61,993 nucleotides of DNA, filler included, from Choristocarpus tenellus KU-1152 (GCA_964200185.2; 14 parts of 14 records of this genome joined end to end with filler, not necessarily neighbours in it), one strand, 5' to 3'. Positions 48,354 to 61,993 are shown, counted from the first letter of the whole stretch. A program made the numbers and translations. The notes: generated by a model not told the origin, from the letters alone.

Positions 48354-49533
48354 AAAAACCCATTGATGACCAGCAGCATCCCGTACATCAATAGCAATCA
48401 CACCTACCGACTGATCAAGACAAGACAGTGGACTATTCATTCGCTGATCTCGCCTCTTCCACACCACAAGGCCAAACATCCCTTCTAACTCTCTATGTAC
48501 TTGAGAGCATCCGCGACCGACGTTCGACTGCGGGAAACATCTTCTCCTGCAAATTGTAACCGCCAGAAATTTCCCGGATCTTTCTCTCGACCAACTCTCG
48601 TGCCGCACAAGCGCGCCTCTACTTGTTCCTCTATTACGAAGCGCATTATTAATTTCCCCTGAAAATTGTACCAGCAAGAAATTTCTCGGACCGTTCTTTC
48701 GAGCTCGACTCTCGTACCAACAGCAACACAGCACGTACCAAAAAAACTAATGTAAAATAAAAAGACAAAAAGTACCTAAGAACCCTGACAACTATCGTGC
48801 AGTTAGAGTCAGGAAGCCCTAACCCTAACCATTAACATGCAAGAGGATATCGGGGTAGACATTAATACAGTCACCGGAAAAGAAAAGAAAGCTCTCTCTC
48901 TCTCTCTCTCTCTTTCATCCAACGCAAATGGCAGGTTTCCTCGCTCCCATACCAAAAAAAGAGCCGGTTCACATGTTGAAGTCGAGAGAAGACAAAAAAA
49001 AAAAATCAACTAAATATTTAGGTGCAATGTGCGCAAAACAACAATAAAAAAAAAGTTCAAAGAGGCTTACTTGATCGGTTGATGGATTGCTGCCCTACTG
49101 ATTGATTGGTCAGTTGATTTCTATTCTGTTCTATTGAAATTTCACCTGGGTATCTCAAAAAGCGACCTCTTTCCCAAAACATGACCCACAGCCCGCCATC
49201 GAGCAACACACCCTACCTAGTGCAGGAGTGCTACATACATACCACAGAGAGCAGGCAATTTTCGGCGACAACGCCTCCTAGCCTCATCTAAAGCAAGGGG
49301 ACGCATCTTTTTCATAAACCTCCAGGAGACAGACAGACAATCAAACAGACAAAAAACTCACACACACACACACACATACAAAAACCCCTTCTTCTCCTTG
49401 TTGGAAAAAAATGAAACGATTTTTTTTGTTGTGTTCCTTCGACAAGAGGTTTACTTCAAAAAATAAAATAACGGCAATAATAATAATAAAAGCACACAAA
49501 CACACACACACAATATCAGATTCATTCACTAAC

Positions 49534-49726
49534 CTTGTCTGGGCAATCATGGCTTGCCATTGGCGAAGGTCAGAGTAGATATCCTCCTCCGCCAGAAAAC
49601 TGGGGCGTGCTCCATCCACCATTGCCCCGGCCTCCTCGACCATTAGCCTGACACTCTGGAGCTTATCCTGCCGTTCCTTCATGATAGCCTTTTCTGCCTG
49701 CTTGTATGCCTCCGCCTCCGGAACAC
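49534..49726 (-). CDS. Internal exon of an unidentified protein
   Basis: CAG/GTTAGT-bounded open exon GVPEAEAYKQAEKAIMKERQDKLQSVRLMVEEAGAMVDGARPSFLAEEDIYSDLRQWQAMIAQTR, with coding-like composition between microsatellites. Confidence 0.6.
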
Positions 49727-52700
49727 CTGCAAGCATGCATGCATGTATGTATTTATGTATGTATGTATGTATGTATGTATGTATGTATGTATGTATGTAT
49801 GTATGTATGTATGTATTTATGTATATCTATGCAACAAAAAAGCGATCAACAACGTGTGTTTGTCAAAACCTTGTTGCATTCCACAGCATTCAAGAGTTCA
49901 AGAGCTCAGAGAGCGCCTACGCCTTGGAACGGCACCGTGTTCCCTCCTCCGGTACGGGCGCGTGCATGGAACATAATGCTATTAGACACAAGCATCGTGC
50001 CTCACAAAAAGGCTTTTAGACTAGGGGTGTGTATATATATATACATATATATACATATATACATAATATACACATTCAACTTGTGACGTGCACAGTATGT
50101 TGGACGTCACAGAGCTGTGAACTGTTTCGTAGCCGCCACAGGGATTAACGGTATATATGCTGTGGCGCTACAGCACTGTGGACCTAATAGTGGGCAAAAA
50201 AAACAAAACACACACACACACATACACACTTTCTGCAAAGTCTGCGAGGAAAAAAAAAAAAAGCCATGAAATAAATGCACACATTGATTGTACACGTAGA
50301 GGGACAAGCCTTAACTCAAAAACAAAAAAAAACGGGTTTTGTTGTGATGGAAGTCGGGTGTTTATGACCGAGGTTCAATACACAACGCCATATCAGGTGG
50401 TAAAAAAACAAACAGAAGAGAGAGAGAGAGAGAGAGAGGATTTAAAAAAGAGAGAGAAGAGGGTGAAAAAAAAAAAAAGGGACCGTGAAAATTAAAAAAA
50501 GCATTGGCAGGAAGGCGTGCATAACCTGCCGCGCTCGTAGCAGTCGAACTTGTTGGGATCGGAACAGATTGTTATTACCCTCTCTTTTTGTACGGTTAGT
50601 CGATCGAAAGCTTCCCGTCCCAGGGGTGGTCCGTACGAGGAACCGACAACAGGGGGGTTGTCGTCGTAGCATCTTCAAAGGNNNNNNNNNNNNNNNNNNN
50701 NNNNNNNNNNNNNNNNNNNNNNNNNTTAATTAATTAANNNNNNNNNNNNNNNNNNNNNNNNNNNNNNNNNNNNNNNNNNNNTCTCTTCCACCTCCGTTGG
50801 GCCCCGCCGCTCGGTCGGGCGGGCGTGGGGGGGGGGGGGGGTGGGGGGGGCCGTGGTTTGGGGACTCTACAACTCTTCAACCGTGGTCCAAAAAAGTACA
50901 TGTATATATGGGGTTTTTTTTTCATCTTCTCCCTCCCCCCCGTATAACGTTGCGAAGCAGGTTTTAAAAAGTCGTGAGCATTGTGGTCAAAAGCAGGTTT
51001 TCTTGGATTTTTATGCTTTGTAGTCCTTGTTTTTGGTGCCTGGGGTGGGAACTGACAGGGTCGGTGTGTGCTGGATGGTAAGGGGGGGTGGGTGTATAAA
51101 TAACATGGTTCCGTTCTTTTTTCTTTCCATTTTTGTTTGAGCACTTTTTTTTTTTTTAATGGCCTGGTAATTGTTTCAGGAAAAATTGCCAGGAGATAAT
51201 GCGGCTTGTTTGTCGATGGTGTATATATACTCACTTCACTTCACTTCACTTGATCCTCTCACCTCGAGATCAGTTTTTGACATCATTTTGAGTATACTCG
51301 GTTTTGTTTTAGTCAGCAGTACGGCATGACTGTTGTTGATGGTATCTGTGGAATTTGTTGTTTCATTAGGGGGAAATGTGTAGTGTTATACCTGGGGTCT
51401 CTCCGGCAACCTTGGAGTCTGTTCTTGGCTGAATCAAGAAATTTCCTGGTTTAGTCAGCAGCAGCCCATTGAGCTGGCTCTCTTGTGGTTCTGTTTTGTA
51501 GTTTTGGTATATTATTGATTGTCTTGTGTGATCGTGTGATCGCCCCGGGCAGGTGAAAGGGGAAATCACTGAGGGTGTGGAGGTGAATTCTGTTGACATA
51601 TGCAGAAGAGGTAGTTGCTGATGCGTAGATGATGTTGTTGTTGCATTGCTGATGGCCTCCCCACCCCACCCCTACACAGAAAAAAGTAGATGTCACCTAG
51701 TGCATGAACAGTGTCAAGTTGTGCTGTAGGTAGTAGGGCTACATGGTGTGTTCTTTGTGCTTTTTTTTATGTAAGAGCGATGTTACATGCTCAAGACTAT
51801 TTTGAAGCCGATTTTGAAACCTTTGTCTTGCATGAGACTAACAACACCCCCCCCCCCAACACATCTAGCATTTTCTCTTTCACACACTCNNNNNNNNNNA
51901 ACCCTTTGTCTTGCATGAGCCTACCACCCCCCCCCCCCCCCCTTTGTTCTGCCTTGCCCCCCTGCCCCACCCCACCCGCCATCCTTGACTTCAGCTATTT
52001 TATGACGGCCATAGTGAAGACTGCACGTTTTACACTCAAGCCCTGTATCGAGGGGTGCATTAGGACATTGTGTTTCTGCGCTCGACGTGCCACCTCATGA
52101 TGAAATCATATGTGTTGATAATATAATATGTGAATCGATTTATGAATTTATTTATTGTTGCCTTTTCGACTTTTTGAGAAAAGGGTTGATTGATCCAACA
52201 GTCTTTTTTTTCTTGTTTTCTTTTTTTTTTTGGGGGGGGGGGGGGGGCGGGGGGGGGAGGTGATGTTATTGGACACTTGCGGAGCGTGGGAGGTGTACAG
52301 TACATGGATGAGGTAGGATTCTTGTTGGGATTTTTAGCATCACAAAAGAATGAGGAGTACTTGAAATGAGGTGGTGAGGGGCTAGCCTCTGGACCTGTTG
52401 GGTTGGCAACTAGGGGAGATATGTTTACTTTCCTGCTGTTTCAAGATCAGTGGTTAATTGGTGGAGTATCAAGGCAGTGTAAGATTGCATCAGTGGTGGG
52501 ATCGCTCACTACGTAGCTCTATTTTTATATTGTGCTGGTAAGTACTAGCTAGCTGAGCTGTCAGCAAGACTCACTTGACCTGCTTTCCAGTGTTACTGAA
52601 GGATGCTTGCCCTATCAACTTGGGAAGGAATGTACAGGTGGAAGATCACCGTCTAGACTGTTGACACTCTAGTGTGTTGGTATTGATAGTGCCTGTTGTG

Positions 52701-55700
52701 CTAAGTGGAGGGGATTGCCAGGTAGAGCTCACCAACCAAATCTTGGTTGTTTGATTAATAAAAAGAGGGTCTTCCCCCCCTCCCCCCCCCTTCATGTTTG
52801 GTGCTGGCCCCCTCACAGGCATAGCAAAGTACTGTCTGCCTTATCCCTGTGTTTTACTTTCAGTTTGTTTTTTGTCAAGAACTGCTGGTACGGTATGGGT
52901 GTTTCAGAGGGTTGCATACTACAAACATCTTGGACTTTTGGTAGAGTTTAATCCCGCCTGGTCTCACGTCTGCAGTCAATTGAGAACCTACTAAGTCGGA
53001 GTTGAACTGGGGAGTAGTTTGTTGTGTCTTGTCTGTCTCGGGGTATATGAATTGGGGGCTTTTTTTGGTTGAGAGAATGATGGGGGAGGTTGGTGCTTCC
53101 TGATGTCGTTATTTTTTTGTTTTGGGGGAGGCAGAGAGGTAAGTGCATCGGTAACTCTTCATGGTGTGACGTGTTTAACCCGTACCACTGTTAAACGGTT
53201 TCTCTCACACTGGCTATATTATAGTGAGTGCAACAGGTAACAAAACGCATTCCCAATTCTATTTTCGGTTTGTTTTGTAGGTACTTAGAAGTACTCTGGA
53301 GTAGTTGTTTCCTACACCTCACCCACCTGGTTCTTACTTCGGTATTTTTCGTGTCTGTTTTTTGTTTGGGAGGGGGGGACAAGATGCATGTGATGCTCTG
53401 TGTGTGTGCACTCTTGTTGTGGTGGTTGAACCTTTAACAGTGAATGATAAAACAAGTTTTTTGCTTTAGAAACTGCTGGTATAGGGATGAAGTGGTGATG
53501 TGGACCTTACTGTGGGTAAGAAGAATTAGTCCACTCTTGGGCAGACTTGAATTGGATGAAGGAGAGGTGGATTTGGCAATCCAGGGGGTGTAAATAACAT
53601 CATCATTCTTGCGTCCTCATCACACATTCTCGATTGGAGTAATGCTTCCTGCTGATGTGGAAGTGAAGTAGGTGGGGGTAGCCCTATGCAAGTGTATGTA
53701 GATGAGTTGCGAATTGTCTTCATTTGTGTCTGTGTGATGCGTGAGTGGATGGGTGCATCTATGTCAGTATTATGGTGTTGTGTGAATGATCAATATATTG
53801 TTTGTGTGGCTGCTGCTGTTGGTACTGGAAGGTGTGTGATTTGTACTGTAGTGTTGTATGCGTATGCGTGTACGTATCTATTTACGTCCTGTGTATCCCG
53901 TGTATTTTATTCAAAATGTGTCGAAGAATTTATAATAGTCCATGTGATCGTGTGGGCTTCAAAATCTCAGCTGCCAACTGCAGAAAGAGGGAATATTTAA
54001 CTAGGCGGATAGATGGGTTTTCGAGAAGGCTGTGCACCTTAGGTTGAAACCCCTCCACATGAAACCCACCCAGTGATGTGCTTGGATGGTTGGGCAACTT
54101 GGATCAGGTCGTATTACTTCTTTCATTGTGGAGTATGGAGTGAGCAACAATATGTTACTAAAAATCGGAAGCCAAAAAAGGTGAATGGGAGTCTCTCATT
54201 TGTAAGACTAAAGTCCTCGATGCACAGTCCAACTGATGGAAATACTTTTATTTTATCTCCTAAAAATAATATCTCAACATGATAGCGATATTGCACCATA
54301 TCATTCTTACACATTTTTTTGCTCATTTACGACATTTTGAATAATCTAGACGTACATGAAATATTACAATAATAGTATAGATATTAGTATTATATTTGTT
54401 GTATTAAACCCACTTTGACATTTTGCAAATGTGTCAGGGGAAGGGTAAGGTGAAGACCAAAACAAACTAAGAAACTACTTCAAGAACTTCTGTGACAATA
54501 GGAACTGTTTTTTATAAATGCTGAATGTTCTTTGTGCTATGCAACTATCTTGCTTGTGAACTTTTTATCCATAAAAATTTAGTTTATCCTCCTACCTATG
54601 AAGGTGGTCAAGGAGGTACGGAAGAATTCCAAGAATCTGAGAAGCCCCTCATGCCCACCAGTCTGGTGTCTCCATCTTGAAAGAAGCATGGCACGGCTCT
54701 AGAGTTTTACTTCAACAGTATGTCATCACAAACTGATTTGTGTCACATGAGTCTTGCTAGTCCATCTACTATTATTGTTACCTTCTACCTCATTTGAGGT
54801 CACCGCATCAAGAGAACTCTCTCTACTTTGGTTTCAAAAGATGCCTACTGTTGGTGGGGAATGTGTTATTCTTCTACTGCTTACGGTTTATAGAATTCGC
54901 ATCAGATTTAGGGATAGTAGTGTAGTATGTGACTTTGAGTTGCTGTCTATTACCACACACCAATGTGGGCTGCTAGAGTCAACTGCTTCGGATTCTGACT
55001 TACTACAGCGCACATCCAAGTCAAAAGCTGATGCATTCTCTTTCATCACCAATGATGCATCCTTGACTCTCCTCGTGCACAACTGCATTTATTAGTGTGA
55101 AGTTGATCTATGTCTTTCCATTCTTTCTCATTATCCAGTGAACGGTTGTGTCCCACTTCTAATAATGTAGGAATATATACGATTTCTTCCTTGATTTCAT
55201 GGGATAATTAGTATTCACCTACTCCTTCGAGGGTCCCCAGCTTAGGTTTGTTTGCAAACTCTCAAGTCCCTTGAGGACATCCTCCTACAAGTATGCAGAG
55301 TACCCGCGCTACATCCCTCGACTGTACGGCAAACTTATCTCTGCCAAACCTTGGAAAAATGTCTCCATTTTGAAAAAAAGAGTCGTAAGAAGATGATAAT
55401 TACTCCAGTACTCCAAAGTATTTTTAATTAATCCAGTATCTCCATTTTTTGACCCAGTGTATTTTCGTCAAGACTCGCAAGATTGCGATGGGTCATATTG
55501 GTGTTTCCTTCCTGATTTTCGACAACCCCCCTCCCCCCCCCCCATTTAAGGCCAAGTCATATAATATTGTGTTGCAGTACAGCAAGAAACATATCCCACA
55601 ACACTGATAATACTGTCCTGTATTGTGTATCCTTTAAGATGAGTTCGGTTCAACATATATGAGGGGGGTGGCGGCTGTCCATTTGGGGTCAATTTTTTAA

Positions 55701-57330
55701 TTGTCACGATTTTTGGATGATTTGGTTGCATACGTCGGATGGATAATGTAAGTGCACGTTTCCTGGTTATGACCCAAATTGATACCCCGATCTAGAGTCC
55801 CCCCCCCCCCCCCACCAACACGCTTTCGCCGCGGCGNNNNNNNNNNNNNNNNNNNNNNNNNNNNNNNNNNNNNNNNNNNNTTAATTAATTAANNNNNNNN
55901 NNNNNNNNNNNNNNNNNNNNNNNNNNNNNNNNNNNNAAAAAAATCGCGCAGCTCTCAAGTTGAAGAGACATACACCATCGCTAGGGGGGGGGGGTACCAA
56001 GGAGGGCTTGGAGGAGAGACCAAAAAGGAGGAATAGGAGGGATAGGATTCCATAGGGGCTAACACAATATCTGTTTTATCTCATCAAGCTTCCCAGGGAA
56101 CACTCACTGCTCAACAATTAGACCCCTCAAGGTACAGGATCACTTCTCATGTGAAACAAAAAAAAACTCTAAAACCTCCCTCTCTCCAGAACCAAAATCC
56201 GATTTTAGGGGGATGATTCATGAAAATTGCACACACATACAATTTCAAGTTCAACAGTAAGAGGCGGAAACATTTCAGTTCTCAAATAACTGTACTACCC
56301 CCCTAATATTGACTGCACACTTCTATGTGCATGGCTTATCGCAATCCAGCATAGACCCAGTGGGAAACATTCACAACAAACTCAGGGGTACCCTGGGAAC
56401 TGTCAGGGCCGATATAGATCACACACTTTAGAACCTCGTGTTTCCACAGTTTCACTCAGGCATAAAATAATATCCTTGAACATTCAGGACGATTTTGACA
56501 GTGGCACGCCAGAAAATCAGCCAATTTCGGCAATTACCATAATAACAGTAAGAAAAATTGGCGACCATTGGTACACTATGGTCGTATGCATCAAACAATT
56601 GACGGAGTAAATGTGTTTGATAATATTCTCGTCAATATACTTCAGAGTATTCATTTTGTCATACTGTACCACCCTCCAAGTCAGAGACACATTTACAACT
56701 AACTGCACAAAGTACAGCGCAGCAGACATGCGCCTTACCACAAAATAGGTATGTGTATGGAGTAAATCCCTACCAGACTCAAGGTGGTGAGTTCAAAGGA
56801 TCTGACTTATTTGATTGGGCAATGTCTTTCAGGGAATTACATTTAGGAGCCATGTACAAGAAGATAATGAGGAGTTGCACACACTTGGAGCCCAGAATGA
56901 CACCCTGGTCATATCTATGAACTGTACTATAGTGGATAAAGAGTGTGCCTGCACACACTAGGTATTTATCAGATGTTTCTGTAATGTATCCACAAGAGTA
57001 TGTGCCCAAAATACAACAGCAGGTAAGATCAATTGGATCTAAAATATGCCTAAGTACTTGAAAGAGTGTAATGCATTTTCAAGAAATAAATTTTCTTTTA
57101 CATACACAAAATAGAAAAATTAGCAAGTCACACCAATGGAGTCTCCATCATTCACAACAGTATCACATCTCCAGCTATTTTTCCAAGTAGAACAAAGGAA
57201 ACATCACATAAGGTGGAATCAACGCGCTCAACCAACATAATATCTCACCCAAATAAACCCCTATTGTGCTGTAGTTGCCCTGTAACAAAAATACCAGGAT
57301 TTGGTAAGGAAAGATACCTATTCCCACCCC

Positions 57331-57892
57331 TCATACATTGTCTTTCTGGTTGCTGATGTTCTCTATGTATGGAACCGGGGGCAGCTCTGGTGCCACCCTC
57401 CGCTCAGTCATAATCTGACTGGCGTTTGCAAAATTGTACATCTCGAGTTTGGACATGCTAGCCTGTTTCAAGAGTGCCAAGTAGAACCATGGCATGCATT
57501 TTGTGCATTGGTGGGAGGGAGGGCATGCATAAGGCAGAGGGAAGGGGAGGGGGCTGGGTTAGACTCGGGGTACATTTCTCCTCACTGTTCATTACTTTTG
57601 TCAAGAGGTTATGAAGCTAGTGCGTATTATTAGACAGGTGTAATACAACTCTGGCTGCCTTGAGGTCATTTAAAGACAGGTTGGGACAGGGCAAGGGGTA
57701 ATATGGGTAAATCGAGACAGATGGAATGCTATCACATCAACATCATCACCTTGCATGGTACATGTGGATGCAGGGGCTGATCTGTTTACGTCAATTGATT
57801 TGCTACATACAGACAGGGTGCCTGTGGGGAAGGGAAAGGGGTAGGCTTGCCTGTGTCAGGGGACTGTTTGGGGAGTCCACGGCCTCCCAAAG
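57331..57892 (-). CDS. Two putative exons of an unidentified protein (57892-57851, 57462-57331)
   Basis: In-phase LWEAVDSPNSPLTQ|ASMSKLEMYNFANASQIMTERRVAPELPPVPYIEN; requires a GC donor (CAG|GCAAGC). Confidence 0.35.
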
Positions 57893-60399
57893 CTGGAACA
57901 ACACATCAGAAGTAATAATAGTGCCCTGAGAATGTGCTAGTAAGACGACCTTTTGCGCCACATTTTACAGGGTGAATGGGGGTAGGAGATATTAACAGTA
58001 ATCAAATATAAAGCAGGAAAAGCAACCAGGAACGCAATGGGGGAGGGGGTGCAAAAATGTATCATAGAGCTTTCATTACAAGAATCTGGCCACACAACCA
58101 AGCTGGTGAGATTATTTCTTGCAAAAATCCTCCATCAGGATCACAGAGTGATATATTTTGGTGCAGCATCTCTACTTTTGTATACAAACACCCTGTCTAG
58201 TGCTCAGATTCGAATCCAAATACCACCACATTATATCATAGCATATGAGGCACATAAAAAGTAACTCCAAAAAATTGCTTTGCTTTAATTGATGCACTAA
58301 TATATATATGTACATTCAAGCGCCTCAGACACTCGTTTCTTCTGAAAAAATTGTCAATTTTTTATGTGAAAAAAACACCATAATTTCTTGTGTACTGTTA
58401 TTTCCAGTACTAATTATATAGTTTTTTTATTATTATTACCTAAAAATATTATTGTTGTTACAACTAAAAATCCTTCGAGACAGTAGGTACGTCTCTCCTC
58501 AGCAGTCACAGGGTTGCAACCAGATGAAACTTGAGTCTGTTCCTTCAAGCAGCTCCAAAGGGGTAAACAAGCAATGCGAGAAAGCACAATTTGATTCTTC
58601 TATGCATGACAAACACATTTAAAAAAATGAACCCCACTTTTATACAACAAGAAATACCTCCATTTCAACACAAAATTGAGTAAGAACGAGTAAACTCGTA
58701 AGCAGAGGCTAAACGTATCTGGGGGGGGNNNNNNNNNNNNNNNNNNNNNNNNNNNNNNNNNNNNNNNNNNNNTTAATTAATTAANNNNNNNNNNNNNNNN
58801 NNNNNNNNNNNNNNNNNNNNNNNNNNNNCCTCATTTGACTTGGCATGAATTGTCTGGTTCAGAGGCCTGCCCCCCCCCATAAGTGAGCCTTAGCCAGCAG
58901 GTGACAAAATCGCATAAACGGGAAATAATGGAAAGAGAATGGAGAGACAACAACACGCATGTTCTCCGGGTGAAGATGGCCTCTTCAGGCGTCAAAATCA
59001 TCCTAAAACAATGCGCGGTTCGCGCTCGCTCGACTACTTGATTAGTGTATGATCCTGTATTTCTCACGATTACTGCAAGTTGACAAACTCAGACCATTAA
59101 AATAGGTTAAGCATGCTGATGCGATTACAACAAACGAATTTTCATGAAAAAAAATGTTGTTGATGAAAAGTTATGGCACGACAAAGTTGATACAGGAGGC
59201 GACTGCCAACACTGTACTGACTCCCTCGTAATACTATGTAATGTGTTGTATAAAACCAACTAAACCTTTACCAGTACCAGCTCTCTTACATATGTACCTT
59301 ACTAAATCAAGTAGTTCTCGTCCATCCATCCGTCGTCTGTATCTCTAAAGTATTAACACTGATTCTCGTCCTCGCATGTCAGAATATAGCTTCTTTAAAA
59401 CAAAATCGGAAGATGAAAATGATATGACCACCAACCTTTTTAGATCCCTCTCGCACTCGAGGGTGATTGATGCCCAACGTTGGCTTAACCTCTATGGACA
59501 CTGTGTCACTATAGTCAAAGAGTACATATTCACGAGAAGCTTACCGAAATGCTGGGGATTTCCTCGAGAGGAAATGACTGTCTAGGACTGAAAATATGGA
59601 CTACTTCTGCACACAGAGATTCATCCCTGCTGTATATCCTACAATCTGTCATGATGGTTGAAATAGCATATCATAGTTCGTATCAAGGTCAAGTTTCGAC
59701 AACCTTGACTTCCCCACAAATAAGCTCCTTCACTTACTTGCCAAGACGAAAGGAGTATCGCTAAACTCTCTCCGCCCAAACCCTCTCCACAGCCAACCCT
59801 CAAGGGATCCAGTCCCTCCCCAAAAGGTTATTCATTGTTGTACTACGATACAATGACTTGTACTTCCTCTGTTAGTGTCTTGCTTGTCGCCCGTTGGGTC
59901 CAGGCATCCAGCCACTAGTCGCTCCGCTTCCTACTTCGAATCTTGTGTTTGAACCCACCGTAGGGTCGATGAAGCCTTCCCACTTCGTTCTATATTATAT
60001 GTCTGGCGTTTCTGTCTGTGTAATTATCGCAACAGATGGATGATGCAAAAGTGAGAAGCACATAATTCGTATTGAAAATAGTACTTGGACACCGAGTAAT
60101 CGAAAACAGATTTCCAAGGATAGAAGTCTGACTTGGATGGGGTTCAAACCCCCGGTTCTCATGCGCGAAACAGTCGTTGGTACCTAATGAAGAACGCAGA
60201 AAAGGGAGAAATAATCAAAAGTGTAAAAAATCCATAAACCCAGAAATATAACATAATAGGGACAACTTGAAAAATTCAAGAACTTAAGTCAAGTCTCTCC
60301 TAGAACTAACCAGTAATTATCAGCTCCAGCATCAACAACCGCACTATGTCCCATAGGAGGGACCATCACCAGTATTTTCTGATCGTCTCATCTTCCCCT

Positions 60400-61400
60400 T
60401 TGTTGAATTAACTGCATGTTCACCAAACACCAGGTTCTGGGTATGTTGAACATTATCAATATGCATCACAAAAACCACAAACAGCAGCCTCCATTTTTGT
60501 CTAGTTGCCTTGATACCCTCACAACCAGATCTCCCTTCGTTTGCGTCGATAGAACTACGTGCAGTGCAAGAAGAAGTTGTAGTGATAGACGATGCTTCCC
60601 CTCTCCTTCTACTCTTAAAAGGGCATAGGTTTTCTTCATCAGGAGCTCTACTTTTCTTTGATGCTACAAGCCTTTACATCACCACGATAAGCACTACAGT
60701 GGAAAGAGAGGTGTTGAACAACAGCGGGGCAAGGACACGGCCTTGGTGAAGGCTTTTGTTCAACAATGAACCATTCCAAGTAGCACTTACTTTGTAAATA
60801 TGAGAAGGGGTAGTAGGCCCAGCTCTCAAGCCTCTAGGTAGATGATGAGGGTTGATGGCGGCACTATTGTGAACAACCATCAAATGTGCTGGATCTCTCA
60901 CTTTGATTACTAAACTTTATGGCTTGATCGAGACTTTTGACACACTGAAACAATGGGCATGAGTATGATCTCATAATGAGTCGAACTAATTGAGAAGCAG
61001 GTAGGCTTGGACCCTTTTGCATTCCAAGTGATACCCTTCTTCCATGTGTTCTACCCACTATTTCATTGCTATATTTTGTGCATAATAGTGCATGCCAAAA
61101 TGATGTTCCACCTTTAAACGAACAGAGTGACAAAACAATTCAGCAAAGGCTCTTTCTGCAATTGTACAAAACTGCATTTTTTGCCCTTTCTCGGGATATC
61201 CTTAAAGTGCAACCTTGCCTACCTCTCAGTTGGTTTGACTCAATGGCCGATTACGAAATAAATGGTAACAATCCCAATACGTGAGATCTAGGACATCAAA
61301 TTTATAACGGCGTTTTGAAACTTCCATTAAGACCCATCGCCTGTAACACTCCTCAGCATCCATCTCTACGTACATAAACTCGAATTATGGCCCTAGATTG
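60400..61400 (-). pseudogene. Decayed RTE-like LINE reverse transcriptase
   Basis: SLHQGRVLAPLLFNTSLSTVV at ~60690-60755 matches the LINE RT motif GLRQGCVLAPLLFN. Upstream AYLLLN*FDSL*D is a remnant of 'FIDL.KAYDSVD'. Many stops. Confidence 0.65.
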
Positions 61401-61993
61401 AAATTATCAAAATCATCTGGTAGGCACACCAAACTTGACCAGTGATGTCTGAAGTAGGTGGCTGTTGATAGATTTATACGCGAACAACAACTAGTGCACA
61501 TGTACAAGGGGGTACTATATTTGTTCGACCAAAGGTTTCACAACAGGCCCCTCAAATATAATGTCAATAATGGTCGATTGCTGAGGTCGGAATCCATCTT
61601 GTTCCTCAGCTTGTACAATATAGTATGCCCTCCCAGGAGTCGTTAAAACTCCCGTCGTCGGAATTTCTTATTACTCCATAGTTGCCTATTGCACTCTTGC
61701 CGCCGCTGTAGATGAATCAGACAGACTAGGGAGGTGCACAAACCTAACTCTAACCCTGGAAAAGCACCTCCCTATGTTACAGGCGAATAGCGGGAGCGTT
61801 TCTTCTTGTATTTCAACGAAGTGCGAGCATTTGTTACACGCGAATAGCGCGAGCATTTTCTCCTCATGTGTTAGGAAATACGAACATTTGTGACAGACGC
61901 ATATAGTGTGAGGATTGTTTCTCGAGTTCTGACAAGTACGAACTATATACGATATTAGTAACACATAGGTAGCCTTACAGAATAAATTATTAT

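Noticed and set aside
58950-58995. CTGAAGA hammerhead-like core on the - strand
   Set aside because: No properly placed GAAA or closing helices.

Overview
This window is not one locus. It is 14 short eukaryotic contigs joined by an artificial 100-nt linker (N44-TTAATTAATTAA-N44), so adjacency across linkers is meaningless. The DNA is intron-rich (GT-AG, occasional possible GC-AG). It carries TTAGGG telomeric repeats and a homogentisate prenyltransferase, consistent with a photosynthetic stramenopile such as a brown alga (inference). Spliced gene fragments reconstructed by hand: TRF4/PAPD5-like nucleotidyltransferase, Kelch-repeat protein, alpha-carbonic anhydrase, an EF1B-gamma/ValRS-type GST-domain protein head-to-head with holocytochrome c synthase, an SDR on the strand opposite HCCS, methylmalonyl-CoA mutase, homogentisate prenyltransferase and a complete SIL1/Fes1-like nucleotide exchange factor. 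Mobile DNA is abundant: a decayed two-gene PIF/Harbinger element, a DD39D-type mariner transposase pseudogene, LINE remnants, a foldback MITE, and three MITE families sharing one terminal motif (GRSTCAAAGTA) that nest inside each other with 3- or 4-bp TSDs. Several small inverted-repeat elements enclose telomeric repeats. I found no CRISPR array, RNA gene or clearly new enzymatic system. The most unusual signals are the MITE family set, the telomere-repeat hairpin elements and the apparent nesting of the SDR gene antisense within an HCCS intron.
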